Assembly (NCBI GenBank): GCA_037447605.1
Contig: CM074808.1
Span: 992,001 to 1,056,000, forward strand
DNA: 64,000 nt
Direction: 5' to 3'
Source: Zygnema circumcarinatum SAG 698-1b
Taxonomy: Eukaryota; Plantae; Zygnematophyceae
The notes beneath the pieces are model-generated. The model saw only the letters and a list, made by a program, of their open reading frames with translations. It had not been told where the DNA came from and did no database searches. Below, piece after piece: positions 35,552 through 48,800 of this stretch (position 1 is its first letter; each line of letters opens with the position of its first letter). A program made the translations under genes and the position numbers.

Positions 35552-38347
35552 TCAACGGTCGATGCCCTTGTAAGCGGAGGCGAGGGCGGCCAGGCCGGCC
35601 TTGTAGTCGGGGTACTTGAGCTGCACCTTCAGCTCCTCCTTGATGCGTCTGTTGCAGACACGCTTCTCCCCTCTGCTTGCACCTCCCGCCTCTCCCTCTC
35701 TCCCAGGGGTCTCCACGGCTCGAGGAGCAAGCTCAGAAAGGCCCAGCAGGGCTCGCGCAAACACTAAAACATCGCTTCTTGGAGTAGGATCATCATCCAC
35801 TACATTGAATATGCCTCTGTCAACTCACAACAGAACATCAAGAGGCAACAGGTCGCCTCAAATTGCCACACAACCAGAAAGAAAAATGGAAGTCTTCGAT
35901 CTTGTTGAAAAAGATGTGCGAGTTTTCAAACCCGCTTTGAGCTCCCTTTCCTATGGCAAGGAGTCAGGGATGGACTCATACCTGCTCTGAGGCTGGGCTA
36001 TGCTTGCACAGATGACTTGGCACACATCTGCCAAGTGGCAACGTGCAGTATACCGCTGAGATTCTCGCCGTCTTTGACTTGCTGACAAAGTTTGACTATT
36101 CCTCAGCGTGTCCAGAATACTGCATCTTGCAAGAAACCATTGTGTTCGAATAAGCGAACTCGCAAAGGCACAAATGACTCAACATGTCAGGCTGAGTCAA
36201 TGCTGAGAGGCCTCCTCTACGTTTAGTTCAATGCTATGCGTTGGTTCTAAGAGAACAAGTGTTGCTACATGGATGGTGCCTACGAGCTGCGAAAGCGAAA
36301 GTTTTTCGATGAATGATTGCAAATTGCCCAACTTTAAATCGCATAAATTCAACACGTGTGAAGTTATAGACTTTTACTGAGATTTGTATGCTGTCCTTAC
36401 CTCCGCCCCGGCCCGTAAATGCCACCCAAACGAAAGACGTGGCTTGGCACATTCAAAGCTTCTCCCAACTGTAGCCACGCCTCCTCCGCCTCCACCCGAG
36501 CTTTGGCTTTCGCATCCATGGCTTTAGCAGGCGAGCTGAAGGAAGACGCAAAGCCATGAGTGGTTTCACTTTGAATTAACATTTTGGTTTCGTCGAGGGT
36601 TCCGAGTTGGGAAGAATCAGCCAACAGATGGAAAAGGAGCAGTGGAACAGAAGCAAGAAGGACAAAAGCATTATATGCTAGATGTGAAAATCTCCCAGAG
36701 TATGGTCAGCTAGAAGTATAGAGATGGAACACTGGAGCATCTGAAGTCATCATTTTCGGTAGTGAAAGCTTGAGCAAAAGTACTTCGAACTTAGAAGTTC
36801 ACCCGTTCTGTGCCGAAGAAATTGAAACAAATTCTGATGGCAATTCTCACCTCTCATCCACCATGTCTCCTTGCCAGTCTCCATACACAGCTGTCACCTC
36901 CCAAGAACAGAACGGCGGCCATGTACTGAGACATGCTGCAAGCTAAGTGTGGTCCCGCAGCATGGATGCGATTGTCAAGCGACTTACGCAACAAAGAAGT
37001 GGAGGTACTCACATGATGTAGAAAGATAGCCAATCCATCGCAAATTGCATTTGCTAGCCAATTGGATGTCTCCAGAATGCCATGTCAGCACCTGCAGTGA
37101 TACATCTGCGACCCCAACTCCTTGTCAGCTGCATTGTCGGCTTTTCATTATTGATAAAAGTTGAGGCACTTCGTTGAACTATGGATGTGTCGAGCTGTAA
37201 AACTCACTTAGATGACTTTTTGACCAAAGCTAACATAAGCCAGGGCCCTGAACCTGGAAAACGAAACCTCAAGACAGGGGCCAGGGGCCTTCAAAACTTA
37301 TTCAACTTAGATGTCTGCCTCCTTGTAACTTCCCTCATACAATATACCAACCACTCGCATGAAATTGCTGAAACGCATTGAATCGTCAATAGCAGCGACA
37401 CCTGATACCTGATCATGGCTCGGTGACAAGCAAGGAGGCACAGTGGACAGAATATGTGTGGCTTCATGAATGGCAAGTTTGCCCGAATGCCTGCACGCCA
37501 TCCTCAAACGCCAAGAGGTGACTGGTGACAGACATTCAAGGCTGCCGCATTCGATCTGAATTGTTGATCGTTTTTAGGGAAAAAAAGTGCTCAAATGAAG
37601 TCCACTACATTCTAGGAAGGAAGTAATGGTGTGTGATTGGATAAATCGGCTGGTGTGCTTGAAGTATCGTACCTGAGGCCATGACCGTCAACACTCGGGT
37701 TGAAGACATGCGCATCAATATCGCAAGACAAAAGGTTTTGTTGCGTCACCTGAGTGCGACAGGTTCCTGCAACTTCCCTGCATCCCACAAACCTCCAGTT
37801 CGGAGGGAAGGTCTGTAACAACCACGTACTTGGTAACTTCCTAGATCTAGTGGAGAATTGGAGGTCAAAAACAAACGAATCACAAACAGAAACGCCGTTC
37901 AGCATTTGTCTAACAAACCATTCAGAATAGCACCTGGTGGGCAAGACTTTCGGCTGCTTCGAAATGTTGCAATAGAAATGAAAAATCATGCATAAATAAA
38001 CTGTGCATAAGCCGAATCGAAACATTAGCTTACCAGCCGCTGTCCTTCAGCGTTCTTGCTATAGCTTCTCCAGCATACCCTAAACCAAAACAAAACAATT
38101 TTGGACGAGTGTCTGGAAGCATTGCTGGAGCATTCGAGCATTTCACGACGCATTGGCCATGCTTGAGGGAGGCTACCAAAACGAAAAAGCCCGATGCCCT
38201 CTGAATGTGAAAGCAGGACTTTCGCGGCTCTGTCCGGTATAGAGGATTGGGAGAATCTGGCAGAGTCGAGCAAGGAAAAACCGATTTTTTCAGAGGATGG
38301 TGCATGGAGAGAACTGCGTGCCAGGGTCCTAGTGCAGTAGCCCCCAT
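35552..38347 (-). CDS. NAD(P)-binding Rossmann-fold epimerase/dehydratase-like (atypical SDR, At1g19690-like), probably plastid-targeted
   Basis: KLFCFGLGYAGEAIARTLKDSGW (dinucleotide-binding Gly motif), AKARVEAEEAWL...HVFRLGGIYGPGR, and terminal DDDPTPRSDV...RGEKRVCNRRIKEELKVQLKYPDYKAGL. ATG at 38347 with a transit-like N-terminus. Confidence 0.85.
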
Positions 38348-39372
38348 GTTTTTGCTTTCTGCTGGAACTAAGCCCCCTTCGTCGTCTTTCTCTAGAGTAA
38401 GGCAGAAAGGCCTGCGAACTACACGTTTCTCTTCAGACGACTTTCACTTCCATGGCTGACGGTTTTTTACATTTTCTCTGATCAGGCAGCTTATTGGAGT
38501 GTACCTGACGGTTTTCAACATACAGCACTTTTCTTCACAACGCATGGCAGGATAGAGAAGTGGCTATCGCGGCTTGGTGAAGCCCCACTGTATTGAAATC
38601 GATCACTTGTACTGTATATATATCCTTCACAACAGCACCGGCGCGCGTGTTCGAACGCGATCGTTGAAAAAATGACAATTGGCTCTTTGGCAGCATCACC
38701 AGGAGTCTGTTGCACTTGCTCATAGTATTAGTCGGTATTGACCTGCCTATTTGCCTGCATGGAGGATGTTAGAGTTTGGGCTTATAGTCAGAACAAGCCT
38801 GTTCTTTTGAAGTCCAGACTAATGAAACATTTGGACGCTTACAAAATCACTCAACGTCTTCACTTCTCATTTGAGTACACCGTTTCTATACGTTGAAATA
38901 ACAAATGCAAGACAAAAAAACTTTACACAAGGTGCTACACAGAGCAGCCGCAACCATCCTCCTTTGCAGCCCTCAACGGGTGGTACTGTGGACATCGGGA
39001 TCACCGGAGGTTTGCATCTCTCAAACGAAATTACCCTTCTTCATGCAGACATCATTCACCATTCAGCTCATCGTCGCCAGAGCAACCTTACTCTTCCTGG
39101 TGAAGCTTGAGCTTTGGGCTTGAAAACCAGTTAAAAAAGTCAGAGAACTCCATAAAGATACCGTGTCCTATGTACATTATTGCAGCACTTTATTCTGACA
39201 GCACGCTGCCCTCAATAGGGTAGAAACCTAGAAAGAATTTCCCGCACAGCCTGATCATAGTGCCCTGCTCTGCCTACGCTACCCAAATTAACGATCCCCT
39301 TTCCGATAAGATGGAGGATTAAAGAACTTTCACAATGGCGGCTGCAACGCAGCAAACAGCCCCCTTTCTACT

Positions 39373-41253
39373 CTACTCTGCCTTGTCCAATTCGCTCATT
39401 CGCTCTATTATGGCCTGCACACATAACAAGCGCTTTTCATGCATTAGAAATGAAAAATTCTGAAGGTATCCCCTCCTTTTGCACATTTATTTGCTTACAG
39501 CATGTACGAGTATGTAAGCATGAACGCACCCGTTTGCTGGTCTCCTGCAGCTCACCGGCGAGTACAAATTCATCGAGGATCAAGTAGACCTGGCAACGTC
39601 CCACACTCTCCCAGATTGTAAGCACCGACAAACGCTTCCTCAAGAGCAGCAATATCAACATTACCAGTTCATCTATTCACTTTATGTACTGACTTCCTCT
39701 CTAATCCCCACTTTCCAATGAGGCAGAGGTAGCAGCACCTTATGGAAGTTAAAGACGAGGTCAAGCTCGCAAACGTTGCTGAAAAAATGGTCAAGAATCT
39801 CCACAAAGAGATGTATGCTCTCCAGGTACGCCAGCTCATTGTCTGTAAGGTCTACACAGACAGAGAAAAACAAGCCTGCATAGCGCCGGTAGATCACCTT
39901 GTAGGTTCGAAACTGCAAGCAGACAACATAAAGAAAAACAAAGTTGAAATCAGATATTTTTCCAGCCTTCACTAACGAAACTCCAGTCCAAAAATCCTGA
40001 ATTTACTGCTCAAGAACACTGTGAGGTTTTGCAGGTCAAGGAAGAGTCACCCTCTCATTCAGGGCTCCATAACCAAACCGACCTGGCCTACTAGCGCATA
40101 TCCAGCTACAAAAATGCGAAAGTTGCAAAATTCGGAAGTCCAGCCTCACCTCTACAAAATTGGTGAATTTTGGATCCCGATTCACGACCAAACGGTGTAC
40201 CTGCAGACAAAGCAGCGGCATGGACAAACAAACCCTTGAGAACAACAAATACCTCAGAATTTTCATGACCTTGCAGATGCATTATCCTGACAAATGACCT
40301 ACGATACAATCATCCAGTTTAATTTTCGAGAATAGTGGGACCATACTGACCAGTAATCAAAACGTGACCATACGTGGCTTAACCTGGAGTGGGGGAAAAT
40401 GGGTCTCTAGCACTTTCATTTCGACCTTTGGCCTCGATGTAGAGGAGCATTTACAAACCCAGCATACTGTAATTCCAACCAAAAATCAAACTTTTGCCCT
40501 TATAGAAGGATTTCAAAAAGCACATGATGGCTGGACAGAAACTACTCTACCAACGACCTAGGAAGTGGGAAATGCATAACCTAGAATTAGGGATACAGTA
40601 GGATAGTAAACAGAAGATGGTGCAAACTTGTATCGTCGTACTACACTACCTAAAAATCCATACATTATACACAAAAGTTACCTGTTCATACTATACTGAT
40701 GCGCTGACGTAAATGTGCACTACATTGCGGTTCACACCACACGCTGTTTCCCAAAACAAAACACTTTGACCAATCATCTACTAGTTGAGACGTGCGCATC
40801 ATGGTTCAACTTGATTAAAGGTGCCTATGCCAGCAACTTCACCGTCTACTAAACTCCGCGGGCAATGTCGAACTTTGTTGGAATTGTTCTATGAGCGTTT
40901 GATCCAGCAACAATCAAAGGCGTTTTTCTCTGTTTAAATCTGATGCGATCAATCATCCATATCGCTTCCTATTTCTAAACTCAAACGATCCAAACGGCCG
41001 TTCAGGCCTCAGAAAGGCTCATCAAGCCCCCTTTTTACACCGCCGACATACCTCATACTCGACTTTGTGCTTCTCAGAATCCTCTAGCGGCACATAATAC
41101 TTCGCCAGACGCGTCTTCCCCTGCCGGTTTTGCAGAAGAATGAAGCGAATCTGCCAGATTCATTAACAAGGTTACCCACTGTAAGCATACGATCTGCATC
41201 AAACGAGCGTCGACGACGACACAAACAGCACGGACTCAACACCCACCCACCAT
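39373..41253 (-). CDS. AP2S: AP-2 complex subunit sigma
   Basis: The first coding exon is ATG only (41253-41251). It continues [33 protein letters not shown]|[17 protein letters not shown]|[58 protein letters not shown]|[20 protein letters not shown]|[13 protein letters not shown]. Confidence 0.97.
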
Positions 41254-41793
41254 ATCTCAGCCGCGTAAATGTCTCTCTTCCAAGGCCCCGTGAATGCGCC
41301 TCTAGCGGCAGCCCCGCATAGCGCAACCCTTTCCGCCTGCTCGCCTTCCCTCCCTCCCTCTCGCTTGCCCCCTTCAGCCCTCTTGGAGCCCCTTCCTGCA
41401 AAGAGGCGTCCGTACATACAATGCGACCGTACGATGACGTTGGCTGCTGTACGCAACGGTACATTTTCCGTACGTACCAACGTCAGCGTACGTCACGTGC
41501 TGGAAGCACACCGGAATCGCTTCTGTATCTCTGTGCTCTGCAGGCCACGATGGGAGGCTTGAGGCCAGGGAACGCCTTTCCTTTACTATTACTAATTTAT
41601 TTGTTTATTTTTGGTGCTGTTACCGAAGTATGGACACTGCACAGAGCACAAGCTGCAACATGCAGCGGCTCATATTTGCATTGTGTGAGTATTGTGTTAT
41701 TGGGCAGGGTGAGACATTGCGGGGATTGTTTGAGTTCATGGTTGGAAAGGTCAGCTGCTTGGAGCTGCGAGACATATGTTTGGAAGGGGGGGC

Positions 41794-44700
41794 TCATAAC
41801 AATTCTTGAATAAGTCTCTCAATATGGTGCTTTGCGGCTGCTCCATGCTCACTTTGCCATGGAAGTGTAGCAAACAGAGACGGCCTCTCCAACAATGACT
41901 GCAGGTAAGCTGCTTGTCTCTCAGCAGAGCTCCGAACGTTGAGAAGGTCAAGTTCACGGCGCCATCTCTCGGCGATGCTTTTGACATCTTCCCACGCCTC
42001 ACAAAAGACTCCTGCAACAGCAAGTTAAAAAAAAAGATGAAGAGAAACAGCAGAAATAGAACAGACCGAACATCCTCACCCGTAACGTGCAACCTACTAG
42101 TTCCACATGCATGCTGCACCAGGTAGGTGCTTGACGTTGCTGAAGCTGAGGTACGGACAGAAGGGTAAGCAAAAGAGAAAGGCCGGACAGTCTACCAAGT
42201 TTAAAGTCATGGAACCACGCTGCGTCCCCTTCTAAAAAGCCACTGCTATCCCCAGCGTCTTCCTCAAAACGGAAACAGTCAGCCACCTTCTCTCTCTGCA
42301 TAAACATTTTCCAGAGATATCAGAACACAATTGCAAATACGAGAAAAAGAAAAGGGAAAGATAAACAAAAGTTGGCAACATGAATCACTCACTATGGTAT
42401 GGGTGAGTTGTGCAGCCTCTGCAAAGCCCTCAAAGAAATGTTTGCTGGGCTGGTGCATCTCGCTTGCCACTCCTTGGGGCTCATAGCAAACTGCATGGAA
42501 AAATATAGCTAGCTGCACTGCCATGGGTTCGGCAATGAAGTGCGAATATCTGCAAAATTCCAGTCAAGAAGGGCGAACCTAGTCTGTCCTTTTAGGCTCT
42601 TGAAGCGGAGACTGTTCTTCTCAAGTTCCCGAGTCCCAAGGCATATGAAATGAACTGTTCAGATTTCCTTCCTTCCTTCCTTCCTAAGCAGAAATGAGGA
42701 CAAGTGCAAAACCTTACTTGTGATACAATTTATACAAGCGGTGGAGCTCGTCCAGGTTGTGGTAGCACCGCCACGTGGAGGTATAGCGCTCGTCCAGAAC
42801 GTTCCACCATTGCAGTGTGAGCCCATCCTCTACTCCAAGGCGTTCCATGAGCCCAACCCACCGTGGCCAGAGCGGATGGCGGCACAGCCCCTGCTGCCAC
42901 CTTTCAACCATTGGGGCGGTTCTCTCCTTTAGCAGCATCCATGCTCGTTGCACTTGCTGTTCTGTTTCTTCCACTGTCCATCCGTTGTAGATTGCGACAT
43001 CAGCTCGAGTAAGCCGTTCACGAGAAGTCATCTGCTCCCAAAGAAAGAAAAACTATCCTAAGAGAGCCAGTTCCTTGAAACATCATACCAAAGCTATGAC
43101 TGAATGAGACTTTTCTTATAGCTCTCCCATTGAAACTCAGAAAATGCTTCGACTCTCTGAGACTCCTTGTATTTATTCTTACTTGAGCCTTCATCCTCTT
43201 CTCCGCCTCCTCTTCATTCAGGTTGTTCCGCTTCATGAGGCGCTCACATGCTTGCTCTTTGGAGGCAAAAACGACCCAGACTTCGTCCATTTCCTTGTCA
43301 GATCGAGCTTCAAGCATGAGGGCTGCCTCGGCCACACAGAAACGCACTCCCTGCTCCCCGAGTGCTTCCTTCTCTTCTACCACCAACCTCCTTACAGCTG
43401 GCCAGACAATGGAGGTTAGTCTGGCCATGGCATTTGCGTCACTAAACACAATCTTACCAAGGGTTAGCCGATCCACCGTGCCATCACCTGTGCGTAGAGT
43501 TCACGAAAACAAGGAGGAGGGGTCCCGTAAGACAGAGCATTCTTTAGACTGAATAAGCTTTCCTGATTAAGATTCATAGGACAGATAGCTCACAGACGGT
43601 TCCAATCAGCTGCCCTTCCGTCTTCAGATCCAGCATTTTCAAAACGTTGAATTGAAACGGGCCACCCGATGAAAAAATTCGCAGTCGTATAGTTTGAAAA
43701 CGTAGGCGCAATGTTCTTTTAGGGGGGCATGTACTCACCTGGCTTTAAAATCCCTGAACCGAATGTCTTTACTAAACTCTGAAATGTGGGAGTATGAGGC
43801 TCATATGATCGGTGTGCAAGCGCATCACAATCAATAGTGTGGGCCCCACACTTCCTCAATAGTTCGCGCACAAGGGATTTTCCACAGGCTATTCCTCCAG
43901 TGAGGCCGATCATGAACGGGGGGCAACTCAGAGGACCCCTCTTGAGTCGCTCCAGTGGAGACCTGCGATAACGATGAAATAGTATTCCAGGTGGAGTCAA
44001 ATTTATTACCTCATGCCTGTCTTGTTTCCATGTAGATAGTTCTATACGACTACGAGCCCCTCTTGGATTTCCACAAGTCTAACTCAATAACTTAACGCTA
44101 CTCGAGGCTTTTCTTTGCGGCTCCTTTAGCTCCTCTTCCGAATTGCTTCTGAATTATATTCTGAGGCATATTCATACATTGACAGGAGTGACGAAAGGGA
44201 GTAGGAAACGGAGTCATTGAATCAAACCTTGACAATGTAAAGAATGAAAGCAAACCGTCTTAACTCCAAATCTTAAGCAACAAACCATTTGAATCACGCA
44301 CTCATCGAGGAATAAATACTGATGCAAAAGTTCTTTTCTATCAACCATAGCCAGTTGTTTCCCGAAAGTAGACATGCTCAAAAAGCTCACCTAGGAACAA
44401 AAGTTCCAAGACTTCGCTTCCGGAGTAAAGTCGAACTCAGCTTTTCTTCTGACTCTACTGCAGCCTCTGCCACCATTTCTACAACAGCCACCTGCCATCA
44501 TCCCATAGTCAGTCAAAAGCTCCATCGAACTTTGCAAATCCTTAAGCACAGCTTCAACGCTACCTTACGGTGGCGGAATTGTTACCCTCAAAGTCGAGAA
44601 CTTCATTCATTCACTATGTGATGAATGACAAGACGCACCTCAAGGGCTTTAACTCCATTGGCCAGCCTTTTCCTGTTAAGGGCCTCCGCTCCCCCCTGTG

Positions 44701-45145
44701 TCTCAGCACTAACAACAATGCACTCCAGAGATGGATCTGTAGCTCCTCTTTGAGGGACAACTTCAGAGATTGGTACAAACTCAAAATTGAATTCCAACCC
44801 TTTGGAATTTGCCAATTGCCTTATAAAGGATTCGACGGCTGCACGACGATTCTCGTATGGCTCTATTAACTGCAAAAGAACAAACAGGGCTTTAACTGGA
44901 ATGAGCCCGCTGAAACCAGGTAGAGCAGACTTGAACATTTCCGAATTGGATAGAGAAAGGATAAGAAAAGGAGACGCGCTCACCTCAGATAGCTCTTTCT
45001 TGCTCTGTAATGCCTCAGTTGTGATGCCCACGACCAATCCACCGCCAGAGCGAGTCAGTGACACCGCCCTGTTAAGAAGCTGTCTATGTCCGTCATGAAG
45101 GTGATCGAAAGTGCCAGCCACCACAGTGGCCGCATACTTTCCCAT
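41794..45145 (-). CDS. COASY: CoA synthase: phosphopantetheine adenylyltransferase + dephospho-CoA kinase + C-terminal HD-like (COG4339-type) domain; 603 aa, 9 exons
   Basis: Exons 45145-44984, 44869-44639, 44491-44391, 43962-43739, 43487-43183, 43031-42718, 42549-42393, 42295-42196 and 42011-41794 have consistent phases (1812 nt). Motifs: GTFDHLHDGH (HxGH), IVVSAETQGGA, linker KLSSTLLRKRSLGTF, Walker A GLTGGIACGKS, then WW..LDERY...YHNL, AVQLAIFFHAVCYEP and YLQSLLERPSLFAT. Confidence 0.92.
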
Positions 45146-45810
45146 TTGAAGATGCGTAGGAGTGAGCACTCATGTGACGGGGCTGCTACTACGGTACTTG
45201 AAGCAGCACAGAGTCCTTGCTGCAAGGTCCAAAAACGCGATAGTCTACAAGCAATAAAATCGAAAGATGCCCTAAGAAACGACGACGTTCAACATATTTT
45301 GGAAACAGATGCGATGATGCTCTTTCTCGACTACGATACCATCAACAAGACTAAAAGCCACAAGAACAAAATGTAAGAAAGACGGTTTTTTGGGTTTCTT
45401 GAAAATTCAAAGCTTCAACGGCGCGCTTTTTTGAAAAAATGATTGACTTTCTTAACCTGCGCAAGTAAACCATGTTACCATGTTACCTTCACGAGTGCCC
45501 CCCTACAGGTCTTCCTGCATATCCCTGCATTCCCACCTCAAGAGGCACTGATCACACGCCAGGAACGGGTCCACTTCAACGAAAGTGGATTTCAAGCGTT
45601 CGACTCGCCAATGGTGTCGTTTGAACGTGTTGATCTCTTCATGATGGTTGGCTGCTTCAAGGCGGCTGCTTTGCAGACGAAAAGTGGAACCACGACGGGC
45701 TGAGATTAGGGTTGCCGATTGATGACAGTTGGGCTATGGCTTTGCTGTGAGACCTTCGTGAGCGAATTATTTGCAATCAACTGCAGGGTGCTGGTCCTGC
45801 TGGAGGAGCC

Positions 45811-48800
45811 ATGGCGGACGTGGAACAGATCAGCGCTATGGCTATGGAGAAAAGGGAGAAGAAGGAGAGGAAGAGAGTCCGCTTCAGTGGAGACCATGAG
45901 AGTGATGATGATGAAGCCCCCGAGTACGATTGGTGGTTTGAAGTCTTACAGGAAAGGAAGATAGCCAGAGGGAAGCAGCTGCAAGAATAGCGTATGTGGG
46001 TAATTAACTGGTGCAGAAGTTTCCATTCCTTGTTGGAATTATTTGTTTACTTAATTGTGATATTTCTGTTTCCTGAATGGGCATCCATATGCCTGGCGAC
46101 GGTCTATGCAGACCCCGACAGGCGCTCTTTCCGAAGGCGAAGAAAGCGAAAGAGAGTGTGGACGAGGAGGAAGATGGAGGGCCAATACTGGCAGCTGATC
46201 CTCGGGTCGCAGCAAAGGAGAGGGCAACAAGACGAAAGGATCAAATTATCGCAAATGATGATACCGGCATGCTTGATGATGTAGCCGATGCCGAAGAGGA
46301 GTATCAGGTGAGCTAGACAGCGTCCTTGATTATGAATACCTGTTGTTGGACGCTGGGAAGATTTGGAAGTCATTTGTATGGGCGTCTTAATCAAATGGGG
46401 CACATATGTTCAAAAAAATAGACGCCGCTGGAGTGATAAACGAGGCCTCATGCACGAGTTTTCCACCTTGTCACTAGGAAACAATCACCCTCTTTGAACG
46501 TAGTGGATTAGATAGTTATTGAAAAGGTAGGCATTCTGATGGCGTGAGAGCTTTGCTTGGTGCTTTCTTCCCTTATTTTTTTCTGTTTTAATCTGCAATC
46601 TTGCTTCTAGGACCTGCTCCAGGTGTTCAGGCTGTTCATTCTTTGAAGTACTCATTTTCACGTTCGCTTTCCTCCTCGAATTTATGGCGGTTGAAAAACC
46701 CTTTATCTTTCAATATCATCCGTATGTTACTGAATGTGCTTTTTGTTTGCACTTCTGCGACAGCTTTTTCTGTTCATTCCTCTGTTCTTCCTTCCCTTTC
46801 TTCCTTTACTGGGTGGTTTGGGTCCACAGTTGTTACTTCATTTTCTGTTTTCTGCACTTCAGCATGATGAAAGCACGTGAATGTACATGCAACTTTGGTT
46901 CACGGTTCAAGCAAGATAGGGACAGTATGAACAGCGTTGCGGATCAGAGGTTTTTTTTAAAACGGAAAGTTGAGTTCTGCGTGAGATGAAGCGAACGCAA
47001 ACTCTGTCATGCACAAACCCTGTGATATGAATAGCTGTGGCTTGTTGTTTCTCTTGTTTTCTAAACAAGAAACAATGGCCGAAAAGTTTACTGTCAAGCC
47101 TCCATCCATTTTAGGCCTTGTTGTGGTTGAATAATAGATTGCTCTCACTTGATTTCTTTGCGACGCTTTTCTGTATTTAGGGCAAAGATGCGGATGAAGT
47201 AAACGAGATCGAGCCATTTAATTTGAAAAAGGAGAGAGAAGAGGGTTACTTCGATGCAGACGGCAATTACGTGGAGTACCGCCTTGAGAAAGACATCCAG
47301 GTAGGGGCCGTGTGGGACCATTGCTGCAGAAGAGCACTTCCCTTATGGTCTCATCCTGCAACCTCTTGATATTACGTTATGAGTGTCATCGCAATAGTCG
47401 AAGGTGCTACTACTGTCTTATAGATCTCCTCCATATGATGTTGGAGTGAAGTGAGTCCTTAGGATTACCGCGATGGAATTATATAAGAGAATTGTTGGAC
47501 TGGAGTAATTGGAGTATAAGACGTATTGGAGTGTAACACTGGATAGGGGGCGGTAGCAGGATGCCTGGTTGGATAGCACAACAGTGGATGAGCGATTTGC
47601 AGCGAAGGCAGCCGCTCAAGCAGCGGCTGCTGATGAACCTCCACCTGAGCTTTCAGCAGCCGAGATGGCAGCAATTAAGCGGCGAATTGCAGATGCTTTG
47701 GAGCCCAACGAAACGGTGAGTCATGATTGCTAGAATTGTGCATAGTGTTGGAACCTCTTGTTTGTTCGCATAGCCATAATTGCATTCGGAAGCCTTATAG
47801 CAAAATAATAGCGGAGGATGCATGATGCGGGTTACAGGTTCTTCAGGGGCTGAGGAGATTAGGTGGAACAGGCCGTAAAGCTGGAAAAAAGAAAGGCATA
47901 CCACTTGGAAGAGATGAGCGGATGCCAGAAGGCACAAAGGAGCGATTTGATCGTCTCACAGAAGATGCAATGAAGCTTATGGATGCTGGAGAATATGGTG
48001 AGCTTTGATCGCTAGAGACTTCTTCCGATTCTTTTGACCGTATATGTGGAACAGCGTGGAATGTCAGAGCCTTGGGCTTTCCATATCCTCTTATTGAAAG
48101 CACGTTCAGTAACCTGTACTGACATATTTCTACGTCACATTTAGTTTGGGTCTTGAAAGAGTTGTCGGCATTAAAGAGCACAGAGTGTGTCCAAGCTTCC
48201 TATTCTCACTTCTGCAGCTCTCTTTGCTTGCAGGAGTTTATTCGGAAGCAAAGGAGACTTTTGAGCGTGAGGCAGGTGGGTGACTGCTGCAGGTGCTTCT
48301 CCGGACTTGGTTGGGACCATGCAAATTATTTCTTTATTTCGTTATTGAATCCTCAAAACCATTGCATTTTATCAAAGACTGGGGTGCAATAATCTTGCAC
48401 TTCTTTCCTGACAGTGTTTTTCCTGTGCTCCTACTATCATCCTGCAGCTGGTTATGAAGCTTTGGCTCGTGCGCGATCTGGACCGTCAACAGGCGGTTCT
48501 GATATGTTTGGAGATAGCGATGATGAAGAAGCCAAGGCACAACCCTTAAGGCCAGCGAGCAGCAGTGAGCCGATGCCTGAAAGCACAGAAGGCCGCGATG
48601 TTGCTATTCAACAGGGGGGTTCTACAAGTAGCGGTCCTTTGACTGATGGGCCATCAAACCAAGGTGTGAACATGGCATCTAGGATGTAAGAGCCACTTAT
48701 GTGGGTTCGAATGGCATGCAGCCGGATATGAGTGAAGTCAACGTATGTTGTGTATTTAGTTGTTAGCGAAGGTACACTATGTAGTGTGTTGATGTAAGTG

